Below are positions 12,196 to 24,680 of a stretch of DNA of 64,000 nucleotides, one piece after another. The DNA is taken from positions 35,094,001 through 35,158,000 of the forward strand of contig NC_045696.1 in the NCBI RefSeq assembly GCF_009834535.1, in the 5' to 3' direction. The translations under genes were made by a program, and so were the position numbers. Every line of letters starts with the position of its first letter. Positions within the stretch are counted from its first letter, which is position 1. The stretch comes from Camelus ferus. Its lineage: Eukaryota. A model generated the notes under the pieces. The model ran no database searches, was not told where the DNA came from, and saw only the letters and a program-made list of their open reading frames with translations.

Positions 12196-13734
12196 CAAGA
12201 AACATAGCTCCATAAAGCAAGAATTCTCAAAACCTAAGGTCAGCACTGAGGGTTCCTATGTACTAAGTGTTAGCTTAATAATTAAAAGGGCTAATTTTCT
12301 TTCCATGAAGAAAATCTTTCTTTCTATTCCTGGGTGAGTTAGATACCAAAAACTATTTGTATTTACTCATTTTTTTTCTTTTAAACATTACAAGGTATTT
12401 CTTTTCCTTCTAGATGCTCAGCTGTATAATGAATCCCCTCAGAGAAAAAAACTGAAATATCATTTTCACTTCAAAATCACTTTTCAACCTTAAAATTCAT
12501 ACTTTTACAAAATAAAAACACTTTTGAATATCCACATTGAGAAGGATTATGAAAATGAAATCAATAAATTATCACAATATCCTAATACTAAAAGCATCTG
12601 CTATTTGTAGTTTATAACTTCCAGGGTTACTTTTCACAAAGGTCAAAAGTGATGACATACTTTCAAATTCACCTCTTTTTTTCAGGAGAATTTTTCAAAA
12701 ATTTGTAGCCCACCACTTTTATATTATGGATAAAAAAACAAATACAAGTAGGTTTTATAAGCATGATGCATGGAGCAGATAACTGTGTTGAAAATAGAAG
12801 TCAGATCTTGTGGACTTCCCAGAGAGGATTCTTTCAGCAACACATTACAAGGCACTAAACTAGGTATGGAAATGATCTGAGAAGTCTTCCTTCCTAAGGC
12901 TATCCATATGTTAGGGTAGGCTTGGATCCAGTCCTGCCTAGAAATTGGGGAACTAACTAATGATTCCTGGGTTTTTTTCCTGCTGAAAATTTTATTTCAC
13001 TATAAGTCTTTCAAGATACACAGTCCCCTAAACAGGTTTGAACAATTAAACATTCATTTGTTACAGAAACAGACAGTGCACCCTCACTATCATAACTTTC
13101 AAAAATAAAAGCTTTCCTGTCACCTTATTTACTTATCTAAATGTGAGACTGTCAGTGTTGAGGTTTCTCAAGTTGAAATGTAGGCGTGCCTGAGCTCTCA
13201 TCAGAGTGGGGAGAAGGCAAGAACAGATTGTTTTTAACATCAGGCAAGAGTGTTATCTTGGACTGTCTGCTCAGCCTGAGGTGCTTTGACACTTCTTTCT
13301 AACACACCTAAAAATACTTCTTTTTTCTCCTGCTACTGAATCACAAGCATTAAGTCAACTGAAGAGGCACATAATCTATCTTCTGAATATATCAATGAGC
13401 AGTATCCTCAAAGACCTAACAACACTGCCTTTTATTGAGAAAGAATAAATGATTTACAAAGAAATTAAGAAATGTTTTCCTTAAATCATATGCACAAAAA
13501 GTTGAAAACAGAAGCATGCATATCTCTTTACAAAAAAGTGCATAGGAATTATGACCACAATTTTATCTATATACATATTGAAAAAACAAATAAATATGTT
13601 TGACTCTTGGGAGAATCAACTATGAACATGTTAAAAAATGACTGTATTTTGAGGACATTAATCATTTACCAAAAATAAGTAGCTAAATAAGTCTACATTT
13701 TAAGCATCAAAAGACACATACACATTGTGAACGT

Positions 13735-13955
13735 TTTCATTCATTTACTTATTCATTAAAAATGCAATTACTGAGCATTTATACCATGGAAGTGCTGAGA
13801 ACACAGAGCCCATATCCCTATCAAGTGGGAGAGGCACATATATTAATGTGATTAAAATACAAAGGAAAATACAGAGAGGGATGACATCAAATACCATAGC
13901 TACACAGTCTGAGGATCAAGGAGAACTTTAGAGAGAAAGGGATTTGAGCTCAGAT
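13735..13955 (-). mobile_element. L2 LINE 3' fragment
   Basis: ttcattcatttacttattcatt...ttactgagcatt...gtgctgagaacacagag is a typical reverse-strand L2 3' end. Confidence 0.6.
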
Positions 13956-14874
13956 CATTTTGCTCTCTTGTTTGAGGTCCTACCTATGTTCCTATAGCAA
14001 ATCATGTTGTACACATCAGCCATAAAACTTGATGAATTGTTTTCTGTTGATCTGACTTCTAGATTTGAAAAAGGAGTTTCATAGGGAGAACGGACTATGC
14101 ATTGTTAGTCTTTTTAACTTCAGCACATGAAATTTAGGAAGCCTTCAATAAATAAATGACTGTCGAATGAATGCCTTAAATTGATACTTGCATAATATAT
14201 CTGAATATTCATATTTTTAATCTCAGCAAATATACATTTATAGATACAACTATTTTATCAACTGGCACCAAAGTTCTTCATAGGGAGGGAATGTTGTTGA
14301 GGAAATTAAGCTCCTTTGATGTGGAAAATGAGACCCTGAGGCGGCACTGTGAAAATAAACAGCAAAATATAACTAATGGCTAAGCTTCTATGCATAAAAA
14401 ATGATGATGAGACATTAGGAAGTGGAAGAGTAGAGCAGGGAGAGGGAATGAAGGTAGGCAGAAGAGGTAGGCCATGTGTTAGGAGACTGAAGACTAGACA
14501 GAAAGGTAACCAAGCAGAATTTCACAAGGGCAGAGTGACCAAAAATGTGTTAAATCACAAGAATGCTTAATAAATCATTTAAAATTATTTGCATTTGTGT
14601 GATGTAAAATCCCCTCTGTTCCCTAAAACTCAGTAAATTCTATTACTAATGGAAATATCTTGTCTGATCTTTGGATAATCCAGTACAAGTATATGAATTT
14701 CATGTATGGGCCAATGCAGAGGAAAGGAAGTAATGACCATGAGAGATGAGACATGACTGAGTTTAAGAGCTTATCAAGAGGATTTCAAATCCTGGATGTT
14801 ACTGAGGCATTGGTACAGGAGCAACTATGTTACAGCAAACAGTCATAAAATCGGGCAAAGTATATGAGATAGAT

Positions 14875-15240
14875 GCTTTCTTTATTCACTCAAAGTATAA
14901 TTACTGAGCACTTTCTCTGCTAGTCACTTGGCAAATGCTGACAAGAGTGACACAAGTCTCTGATCTCACACAGAATGAAACCCACAAAAACAGCTCCTTG
15001 TCTCCCCTGGCCAATTCCCTATTTGCAGTACAGGCTCTGGAATCCAAGGAGGGCAGGTAAGTTCTGCTGAGGTGAGATCAGAGTTTGGGACCACTGATGT
15101 GTCTGGAGAAGGAACCGTGCAAGAGGAAGTGCCAAAGTCTCTCATGCACCCTTGCCTAAGACCCGGCCTGCACACATGGAGGGCTGGCTTGTCAGGAAAC
15201 GGTTTCTAACAGGTTGAAGATGGAATTGATTTCCTAGAGG
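14875..15240 (-). mobile_element. L2 LINE 3' fragment
   Basis: ttattcactcaaagtataattactgagcactttctctgctag...ccttgtctcccctgg, degenerate. Confidence 0.45.
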
Positions 15241-15659
15241 TTAAGCAGAACTGACAGATGTTGGGGCACTGGCCTAGCACAGATAAATTCAGGGTCATTT
15301 AGAAAGTCAAACAATGAGTAAACAGTCTTTACACAGTCTAAATTAAAGAATAGTCATTTAAAAATTCAACAACTACTTACAAGTACATACTCTATATGAA
15401 GAATTGCGTTAGCCTGGAGGAAAACAAAGATTAACCGGGGTATCATTCCTATTGTCAAGGAATTTACAGTTCAGTGCTTGAAGTCATATTTCACAAGAGC
15501 TGTACTGAAGTTCTTAGGAAGGGGGAGAAGGAAAGGTCTCTAAACAACGGAGAGACATCACTAATGCCTCATTAAGACTTCAGGCATTGCACACAAAAAG
15601 ATTGCCACCTTATGAATAAAGATGATACCAGTCTGTAAGGTCTTCTCTAAGTCTATCTT

Positions 15660-17110
15660 AATAAAGCATAAAATCAGGACCCGAAGAGATCCATACTTTG
15701 GAGTCTGAGACCTACCAAATTGAAGGGTTTGAGGAATACTGGGATTTCTACAGACTGACCTTCACAAAGCATAAAAACAAGCCTATCAATTTCAAGATTA
15801 TCATCTAGTAACTATACTGTCTACTAGAGAAGTCAACATTCTTCACAGAGACAGTAACAGAATCTAGAGAGTCTATAATGTATCAACCACAAGAGCCCAT
15901 ACACATTCAAAATGTGACCCATGTTCAAGACAAATAACATTAAAGAGAAATTAACCCTGATATGGTTCGAATGTTGGATTTAGAAAACAAAATTTTAAAG
16001 AAACTAATATAAATAATGTAAATTTTGCCATAATAAATCAACAGATAGGGATTTCAACAGAAAATAAGAACCTATTAAAAGAAACCAACATTCTAAAATG
16101 AAAGAAACAAATTAAAACTCACTAGATATGCTTAACAGCATATTAGTGATGATATAAGAAAGAGGCTGAGGATTTTAAGTAAGATTAATAGAAATAAATT
16201 CAGTTTAGGAAACAGAAAAAAATGAGGCAAGAAATGAACAAAGTTTAAGGGACAATGTTAATGGTTAAACATACATGTAAATGAAGTTTGGAATAAAAAA
16301 TGGAATGGAAAGAAATAGCAGACAAAATAATACCTTACAATTTACAAAATGTAATGAAAATCACTACTTCTTAGATTATAGAATTTTATCAAGTCTCAAG
16401 CTGGGTAAATATATTTTTTAAAAAACACACTTAGACCCATCATAGTCCAACTGCAAAAAAGCAAGTCATAAAAAGAAAACCAAGAAACAGAGAAAACAGA
16501 CATTATACATATGGAGGAAACGATGCAAATTATAACTGACTTCTCTTTAGAAACAACAGAGTGCAAAAGAAAACAGAATCCTATCTTTAAATTATGGAAA
16601 AAATAAAAGAGAACCATCTACCTAGAATTTTATTTAAATAAAAGTCTTTCAAAAAAGAGGATGAAAGAAATATTCCAGATAAACAAAAACTGTGAAAATT
16701 TTTTACCAGCTGACCTGCAGTATAAAAAAATGTTAAAAATTAGTCTTCAGACTGAAGGAAAATGATAAATAATATATCTTTCAGATATAGAGGTAGTATT
16801 AAAGAGTACTGAAATGGCAACATAAAACATGACTTTTTCTCCATGATCACCTTGAAAGACAACTCTGTGCTTGAACACAAATTAACATTATCAATTGAGG
16901 TTCATAACATACATAAAAGTAGAAAATACAATAACAATATCATACATGATAGGATCAGTAAATGAAGTTATACTATTTATTGTAAGAGTATTACAATACG
17001 CAGTATTACAGAAGCAATATTGCGCATACAATTACTACATATGACAAGTGGGTCGTGTGAAGTGTCAGGAGTGATGTGTTAACTATGAAAAGTAAACTAT
17101 TAACTCGAAC
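15660..17110 (+). mobile_element. Ancient L1M (L1MC/MD/ME-type) 5' region/ORF1 remnant (copy at ~37747-39210)
   Basis: Strongly A-rich strand. L1 ORF1-like segments such as ctgacttctctttagaaacaacagagtgcaaaagaaaacag...atctttaaa...aaccatctacctagaattttat; no intact frame. Confidence 0.75.
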
Positions 17111-17114
17111 AGTG

Positions 17115-18712
17115 TCTTAAAATAAACTGTATTTTGGAATAATACAGTGAAGAGAGTTCCTACATACCCTATGCTAAGTATTTTCCTGTCATTAACATCT
17201 TATATTCCTATGGTACATTTGTCACAACTAATGAACTAACATTAGTAGATTGTTATGAACCTAATGCTATACTTTATTTGGATTGTAGTAGTTTTTTTTT
17301 TCCTGCTAATGTCCTTTATCCTACCAATTTTCCCACCAATGTTCCAGGACCCTATCCAGGATACCACATTAAATTTATTCATTATGTCTCCTTAGCTTCC
17401 TCTGTACTGTGACAATTTCTCAGACTTTGCTTATTTTAAATGACCTTAACAATTCTGAGAAGCACTGATCAGGAATTCTATAGGATATTACTCAATCAGG
17501 CTTTATCTGCTGCTTTTCTCATGGTTAGACTGAGGTTATGACTTTTGAAGAGCAAGACCAAATGAGGAAAGTGCAGTCTCTTCACATCATATTAAAAGGA
17601 CATGCTAGTAACATACTACTGATGATTCTAACCTTCACACAGCTCAAGTAATGCCTGCCAAATTTCCCTCCTGGAAAGCTTCCCCCACTTCCCTGCTTTT
17701 CCATACTGTACTTTTTGTAAGGAATTCACTCTGTGTTGCTCACACTTAAAGGGGGTGGTGAATTCAATTCTACTTTTTCGAGGGTTGCATATTTTCTTTT
17801 GAGGGATGTTATGTCTTTTCACTTTATTTATCCAATGGTTTACTTATATTAGCTTGGGCTCATGGATATTTTATTTCATATTTTGGGTTACAACATAACA
17901 CTGCATTATTTCGTTATTCAAATTTTTTCAGATTAATCCATTAAGCTCCTATGATCTCTTGACAAATTTCCTCTTTTTTTCCCCTGGAAATTTCACACTT
18001 TCTAGCACCATAAGATGGTCCAGGTTCATCTTGAATATTTTCTGTCTTATCCTAGTATTGGTTATTTCTCCAAGGAGGTCGCTTTTCTTTTATTGGAGGA
18101 CTGGTGACAGAATCAATATTTGGGCACTGGGTGCACTCATTGCTACTGTGGAATGCTTGTTCCAGGTGCTCTCCACAGATACAGCTGAAGAATTATTTGT
18201 GTATATACTAACACACAGACACACACACACACACACACATATATATACACACACACATCTCTATAATTCTTTCTCTATCTACCCAACTGCATCTATATTA
18301 AGCTATTAAGGGGTTTAGGTTGATGTTTCTGTCTCTAACCCAGTACTACATATGAGTTCATTCCAGCCTCCCCCCTTTGCTTTTCTGCAACTTTTTCTCC
18401 TCTAATGGTCCTGGCTTCTACCATTAAGCTATATCCATTTATTTGTTCCTTCCCAGTAAAATGTACAGTGGTTTCAGAGTTGTTAGACTATACCCCAGTG
18501 AGGAACAAGTTTACCAGTTAGAATATAGTGCTTATGTACAGTTTCCTTTGTCTTCAGTTTTACTATTTTCACTCACTTCCGAATTACTTAGGTCAGTGTT
18601 TCCTCCCCCAACCCTCTTTAGTGGAGGTATGGCAGATGTTTATGACACAGATTATTTGTCTCCATCTGCATTCTGCCCTGAGATCCCTCAACCTCTGAGT
18701 TGATTTTTATTT
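17115..18712 (-). mobile_element. L1MD/L1MC-like 3' end inserted antisense into the older L1 (copy at ~39213-40810)
   Basis: atggtacatttgtcacaactaatgaac...ccaggataccacatt...tgtgacaatttctcagactt...ttttctcatggttagactg are motifs of L1MC/MD 3' UTRs. Confidence 0.8.
18213..18257. repeat. Compound (CA)n/(TA)n microsatellite (copy at ~40310-40355)
   Basis: acacagacacacacacacacacacacatatatatacacacacacat. Confidence 0.9.
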
Positions 18713-18869
18713 TCAATGAAAAGCTATGGATGCCTATTGTAAGCACTAAAGCAACTCATAAGAAATAATTTTAACTTACAAGTAAAAACCTGATTGAGTT
18801 AATAAAATGGAATGCTAAAAATATTCTGTTGTCAAGAGAGAGAATAGGAACAGAGCAAGTGGGAAGCCA

Positions 18870-20600
18870 AACAGAGAAGAACAAATATAAAATACATTGC
18901 AGGATGATATATTTAAACCCAACCATATTGATAACTACATTAAATGTAGATGAACACAACACTTCAATGAAAAGAAAAGTAATGAATTGATTGGGTAAAA
19001 AAGCAAAGACCTAATTCTATTGTTTCTGAAAGAAATAGATGGTAAGCATAAAGAAAAGAACAAGTTGAAATTAAAGGGCTGGAAAAGATCTATCATACAA
19101 CTGTACACTCTAAGAAAGACCGTTTTCTCTGTATTAACATCAGATAAGTTAGATAACTTGTTAACCCCAAGCCAAAGAATATTGTAAGAAAGAAAGAGGG
19201 GCATTTAATAATGATTAAAGGGATAGTTCATCAGGAAGACACAATAACACTAAATATGTATGACTCAGTAACAGAGTTTTAACATTTATGAAGAAATGTC
19301 AGAATAAAAGTGAGAAATGAGAAATCTAAAACCAGAGATAAAGATTTTTAACAGCCCCTCTCAATAGCTGATAAAAATAGTTGACAAAAAAACCCAGAAA
19401 ATATATAAACAATATTCTCAGATTGGATCTTCTAAAGCAAACTCTGAGCAGGAGTTTGGGGTGCAAGACAGCATTTGGGAATCAACACCAGTGAAAGGAA
19501 GGAAACAGAATTGGGTAAGAATAGAAGCCAGGCTGTGACATAGGTCTGAGAGATTCTAAAACCTAACCAGGGTGAGGAGCCCTGGAGAAAATATTTCCTG
19601 TCAGAATTGCCCAACATCAGGCTGAACCAGCAGTGCCTTCATCCCTGCACCTTACTTAGCTACTGCATGGGAGCTTCCCCAGGAAAAATGTGACCTCAAG
19701 TAAGGTGACTCTTGCAGTTGAGACAGAACTTGAAGGAGCTGACACGGAAGCATTTCTGGTGATTACACTTCTGGCAAGTTCTTCCTTGAAAGGGAACCTG
19801 GACAGCCCACTTCCATGTCTACCACAAACACCACTAATACCACCAATGAACTTGACCTAATCAGCAATTATAGAATGTCACACCTATCACTAGCAGAAAA
19901 ACATATTATTTTCAATTGCCCATAAAAAGTATAAAACAAGTAGTAAAATGATAGATTTAAACCCAATCATTTCAACAATTACAAGATAGACCATATGGTG
20001 TACCATAAAATGTCTCAATAAATTTCAAAAGTTTAAAATCTTATAAAATATGTTCCCTGACTAAAATTAAATTATATATTAAGAACAAAAAGATATCTAT
20101 AAAATACACTACTACTTGGAAATTAAACACTTCTAAATCACCATGGGCCAAAGAAAATTGTGCAATGAAAGTTAGAAATATATCAGACTGAATGGTAATG
20201 AAGTGGAGCATATTTGGTGGCATGCAGCTAATGCTGTGTACAGTGGGAAATTATAATTTGGGGAAATTTATAATTTAATGTTATATTCAAAAACAAGAAA
20301 GACGGACATCATTAATTTAAATGGATAATTAGGAAATTCTAAAGAAGAGCAAAAACCAAAAAATAGCAAATATTAAGAAAATAATAAAAATAGGAGCATA
20401 ATACAATAAAACAGAAAATAAACAAATACTGGTTCACTGAAAAAAGTATAGACTTGATAAACACCAAGCAGATATAATTAAGGAAAAAAAGAGAAAATAC
20501 AAATGACCATTATTACAAACAGAAACAAGTATTACTAAAATATTACTAAGTCAAAGGGAAATAGGGGAATATTATTAATTACTTGATGACAAAACATTAA
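18870..20600 (+). mobile_element. Ancient L1 ORF2 endonuclease-region remnant, interrupted by an LTR16 (copy at ~40970-42680)
   Basis: From 18904 reads MIYLNPTILITTLNVDEHNTSMKRK, resembling the L1 ORF2 N-terminus (...TLNVNGLN..IKR). Multiple stops and frameshifts. Confidence 0.8.
19413..19826 (-). mobile_element. ERVL solo LTR, LTR16A/B-like
   Basis: Reverse strand begins tgtggtagacatggaagtgggctgtccagg and contains caaactctgagcaggagtttggggtgcaag on +. Flanked by a near-match 5-bp TSD, aacaa/aacac. Confidence 0.85.
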
Positions 20601-20819
20601 GAGGAGAAACAACTAGAAGAATATTAAAACTTAAATACTTGGGAAGCTAAAAAAATCTTGGAGAGAACTGAACTTTGTGTTTAAGAATTCAAACAATTAA
20701 ATTTATACATTAAATGACAGGGTCACTTCAGCCATCATCTAGATGATATTGATACAGATATATTTTAGAGTGTGAGTCAGAATATGAAGGAATTTTTATA
20801 TTTGAATTTTTTTAACTTA

Positions 20820-21240
20820 ATTAAGCAAGAGCATTTTCTCATTCTAAAACTTTTGAAAACATGAATTTTTAGTACTGACTAATACAAAATTCAATCAAAC
20901 ACACTCCTATTATGGTTATTTTATTTGTTTTTATCCTTTTGCAGTTATAGAATGCTTTTATAGCAAATCAAATTCATTTCCTCTGAATAATTTGCTAAAG
21001 ATGAATCCTGAGTTAAAGTTGAGACTGTATTTCATATTATTATAACTAGTCCAAATTTCTCTCAAAAGTACTTATATGAATTTAAACTTTATTAGCACAG
21101 TACACAAGTAATTTTTTCTATATACTTTGCTAATAGCAGATATTCTCCCTTAAGAAATATATATGTCAATTATAGAGGTGAACAATATCTTTGCTTGTAC
21201 TGGAATTTGTTAATTATTTATAATAATTCATAATTGCATG
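20820..21240 (-). mobile_element. Highly degenerate L1ME-like 3' fragment
   Basis: T-rich segment with ccaaatttctctcaaaagtac...gaatttaaact, resembling antisense L1ME 3' ends. Confidence 0.4.
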
Positions 21241-22380
21241 TTGCCTTTTTTTCTTGTTTTGTTAATTGCCATTTGCATGAATCAGATGGTGTTAAGTGTG
21301 CACCAGCCAAGAAGCAGGACATTCATATACTCAGAACTCTTTGTTCCATACCTTGTTATAAAAGCACCAAAATTCATTGATATTAGTACCAAAGATGTTG
21401 AGTATGGCTATACTATACCAATGGTCAATGGAAATGTTATCCACATTTTTTTGTTAAAGGTATTTAGTTAACAAGGTCCTTATGTGGTCTTAAAGATTGC
21501 AATAAGCACAAAATTGATATTGTGCTCAAACTGAAATCTGCCTTGCAAACATGCCTCAGCTTTCATGGGGAAGCTCCATTTTTTTTTTTTTTTAATCACA
21601 AGATAGGTAAGAACTCTTGGTGGGATGGCATCAAGTCAAATTTCCAGAATTTTGTGCTAGCAGACCAGCTGGAATACAGAAAGCAGTTAAAACCACCCCT
21701 AAGTAATTACCTGAGGAACACACAAGTTAACTTCATATTTTAATTTATAGCTCTCTGTCGCTAGATTAGTACATAAGTACTCCCCCATTTCTTAGAGTCC
21801 AGACACGTCATTTATAGAAATCTTTTGGTTCATAAGAGAAGGCAATACTATTTCAGCTGATTTGGTGGCTAAGGATAAAACAATGGCTACTTGTGTTTTG
21901 CAACTCTTGTGAATATGACACGAGGTACAACTGAAACCAAATGCCAAAAGGCTGTAAGAAGAGTGTCTCAAAGCATTTTGCAATGTCAAGTCAAACTGTG
22001 AAGCATTCCTTCCCAGTTTATTGGCATCACAACATCACAATAGCATAGGGTCCCTCCGGTCTTTTATCCCTTCGAACTTCAAGGATTTGATTAAGCTATT
22101 ATTGTTATCGAAGACTAACTCATGTTGGGTCTGGACTAAGATTATATAGAAGCAATACAGCCCTTAATCCTTCGTTTTATTTTGTGGACAGTCATGAAAT
22201 GCTTCTCTATTACCAACTGAAAAGGCTGATTCAATTTCCTAAAGTAACGAGGAAAAATGGAAGGTAAAGTGTAAAGTTGGATACAGATAATAATACCCTC
22301 TAACTTTGCAGGGACATTTGATTGCCCAAGGAGGGCTTATATGCCAAAGGTCACACAATTTTGAGAAATCAGAAGAAAGC

Positions 22381-22589
22381 AGTTTGGGATTAACAGATAC
22401 AAACTACTATATACAAAATGGATAAATAACAAGGTCCTACTGTACAGCACAGGGAAGCTTATTTAGTAGCTTACAATAACCTATAATGACAAAGAATATA
22501 TATGTATATATAACTGAATCACTATGCTGTACACCAGAAACTAACATAACACTGTAAATCAAATATACTTCAACAACAACAACAAAAAA
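22381..22589 (+). mobile_element. 5'-truncated artiodactyl-type L1 3' end with (CAA)n/A tail
   Basis: gtttgggattaacagatacaaactactatata...aacaaggtcctactgtacagcacaggga...actgaatcactatgctgtacaccagaaactaac. Possible short TSD (a)aagaaag. Confidence 0.85.
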
Positions 22590-24195
22590 GAAAGTAAAAA
22601 GGCCTCATGGCCCAAACTTCTCCTCCAGACCATTTGGGGACATATTCTAGAAAGTGCACCATTTTTTTGGTTTGAGGATAATGATGTCAAGTGCCAATTT
22701 AGGTGAGATTCCTGAATATAAATGAATTAAATACACTGGTGGTACATTTTTCATGGTCAAATGAAGCTAGAAAAAATAAGCATTAAAAGTTTACTATAGC
22801 ATTATTAATGGCCTATAAGTAAGGCCTTCTATATCCCATCATTTTGTATCTGTGAAAAAAATGTGATAACCTTTTTCATGCCTTATGGCATTGAATAACT
22901 GAGGTGGCAGCACCTTACCCAAGGACATTCAATAACACACGATGCTTTTTCCTATAATAAGCTATAATAGATAGGAAAAAATCTACTCTTAATCAATCAT
23001 AATCTCAGCAGAACGGGGTGTCATGGGAAGCCCTTCCACTGCCCCTGCTTTTCTAACAAGATACACTCATAAAAAAAATGTAAAATTATACAACTTGAAA
23101 GAGATATGCCAAATAATGAGAAGCAATGCTTAGAGCTTTTAATCACAAAATCATGATTTTATATTTCACAATTCCCTGCAAGAATTCAGAAGGCAAGACA
23201 TGTTTTCTCCTTTACTCTTGAGAGCTCAGTTGTGGTTAAGGATTCGGAGAGAAGCCTATTTCCACAGCCCCTGTAAAGCTCACCCAGGGGAGACAGTACA
23301 GGGTGCTCCACTTAAAAAGGCGAGCAGGTTGTGTACCCAAGGCTTCCTGTCAACAAAATGAAAAGCGCTACGTTATTTCTGCCCTCCCCTCAATTAGGTG
23401 AGCAGTTTATCGAGCATTTTGATTAAACCATCTTCCATCTTCTTCTCTGGGTTTTCTGTACATAGCAAGTGCCACAGAATCTTCATGTTGAAACTTCAGA
23501 TGTTAAAGTTGATAGCTGAAGGGAGAGTTCATTTTGTCCAATAATGCAGAGCAATTCAATTTTGGATTTACATTGCCAGGATCTCTTTAATGTTTCTCTG
23601 TATTTATGCCGTTAGTGTAAGCTTTTAGAAATATTGCTACGTATAGATTCTTCGTCTTTTTTAATTTGGATATGTCCACAATTTGATTTTAAGCAAATTA
23701 AAGGCAGGGAGAACACTTTTTATTCTTTGATATCACACTATAAAATTTCTCATATTTTAATGACAAAATGTGATAAATTAAAGTATTAATTAAGTCTTAT
23801 TTTTAGGTCATTATATGTCAAAGGTCACACACACACATACACCCCCCCACATACTTTCTATGTAGAGAACATATGTTTAAGAAAAAGTAAGAATGATCTA
23901 TTAAATCAGATAGTAAAATAAAATTAGGTTTTAATTTTTTTCCTGAAAAAACATCTGGACTTAGAAACTTTACTTAACTCTGGCTATAATTTATTATCGG
24001 CAAGAAAAGAAGAATGCAGGTATCTATTTACGGGAAATATATCTCTAAGGGAAGAAAAATTTTAAGGGGAAAGTGTAATATAAAAGAAAAGATAAAAATT
24101 ATTTGAGAAAGATTTTCAAGACAAAGCCTTACACAGAAAGGAAATGCAGTTTTATTTTTCATTTTACTGAGTTAACAGCAATTACTTTTCTTAAT

Positions 24196-24295
24196 NNNNN
24201 NNNNNNNNNNNNNNNNNNNNNNNNNNNNNNNNNNNNNNNNNNNNNNNNNNNNNNNNNNNNNNNNNNNNNNNNNNNNNNNNNNNNNNNNNNNNNNN
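24196..24295. other. Scaffold gap, exactly 100 N
   Basis: 100 consecutive n. A 100-N run is the usual placeholder for a gap of unknown size. Confidence 0.99.
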
Positions 24296-24433
24296 ATGAG
24301 GACCTAATCCATTCATGAGGGCTCCACCTTCATGATCTAATCATCTCCAAAGCCTTACCCCTAATACATCGTCTTGGGAGTTAGGATTTCAGGACATGAA
24401 TTTGGATAGAACACAAACATTCAGACCACAGCA
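24296..24433 (-). mobile_element. Partial MLT1A (second copy, truncated at the gap)
   Basis: Duplicate of 2204-2345. Confidence 0.85.
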
Positions 24434-24680
24434 AAGTAAGCAAATAGAATTAGGCAGAGAGAGGACTGAGTTGTGATGAGTCACAAGGGCCACATCTGAC
24501 CCTCCAGAGCTCTGGAACTTGGTGGCTCTTTAGAAATGTCCACTTGAGGCAAGGAGGCAGGGCCACTATACTCCTGCTGAGCAGTAATTGGCTGCAGGCT
24601 GCTTCTGAAGAGAGGCGGTGTCCTTGAAAAGGAGAATCTCCTCAGCTGCGTACAACTCCTGGAAAGGGACTCAGCTGTGA
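24434..24680 (-). mobile_element. LTR16C-like remainder (second copy)
   Basis: Duplicate of 2346-2594. Confidence 0.65.

Larger units (their letters stand above)
2204..24195 (+). repeat. Copy 1 of ~22-kb near-identical direct repeat (probable false duplication at a contig overlap)
   Basis: Starts atgaggacactaatcc (2204) and ends attacttttcttaat (24195), directly before the N gap. Collinear with 24296-46302; ORF-track peptides recur at a ~22.08-22.10 kb offset. Confidence 0.97.

Noticed and set aside
17959..18309. 116-aa hydrophobic ORF with an HT repeat
   Set aside because: It lies in an antisense L1 3' UTR; the HTHT run is a translated (CA)n microsatellite, and the frame is disrupted in copy 2.
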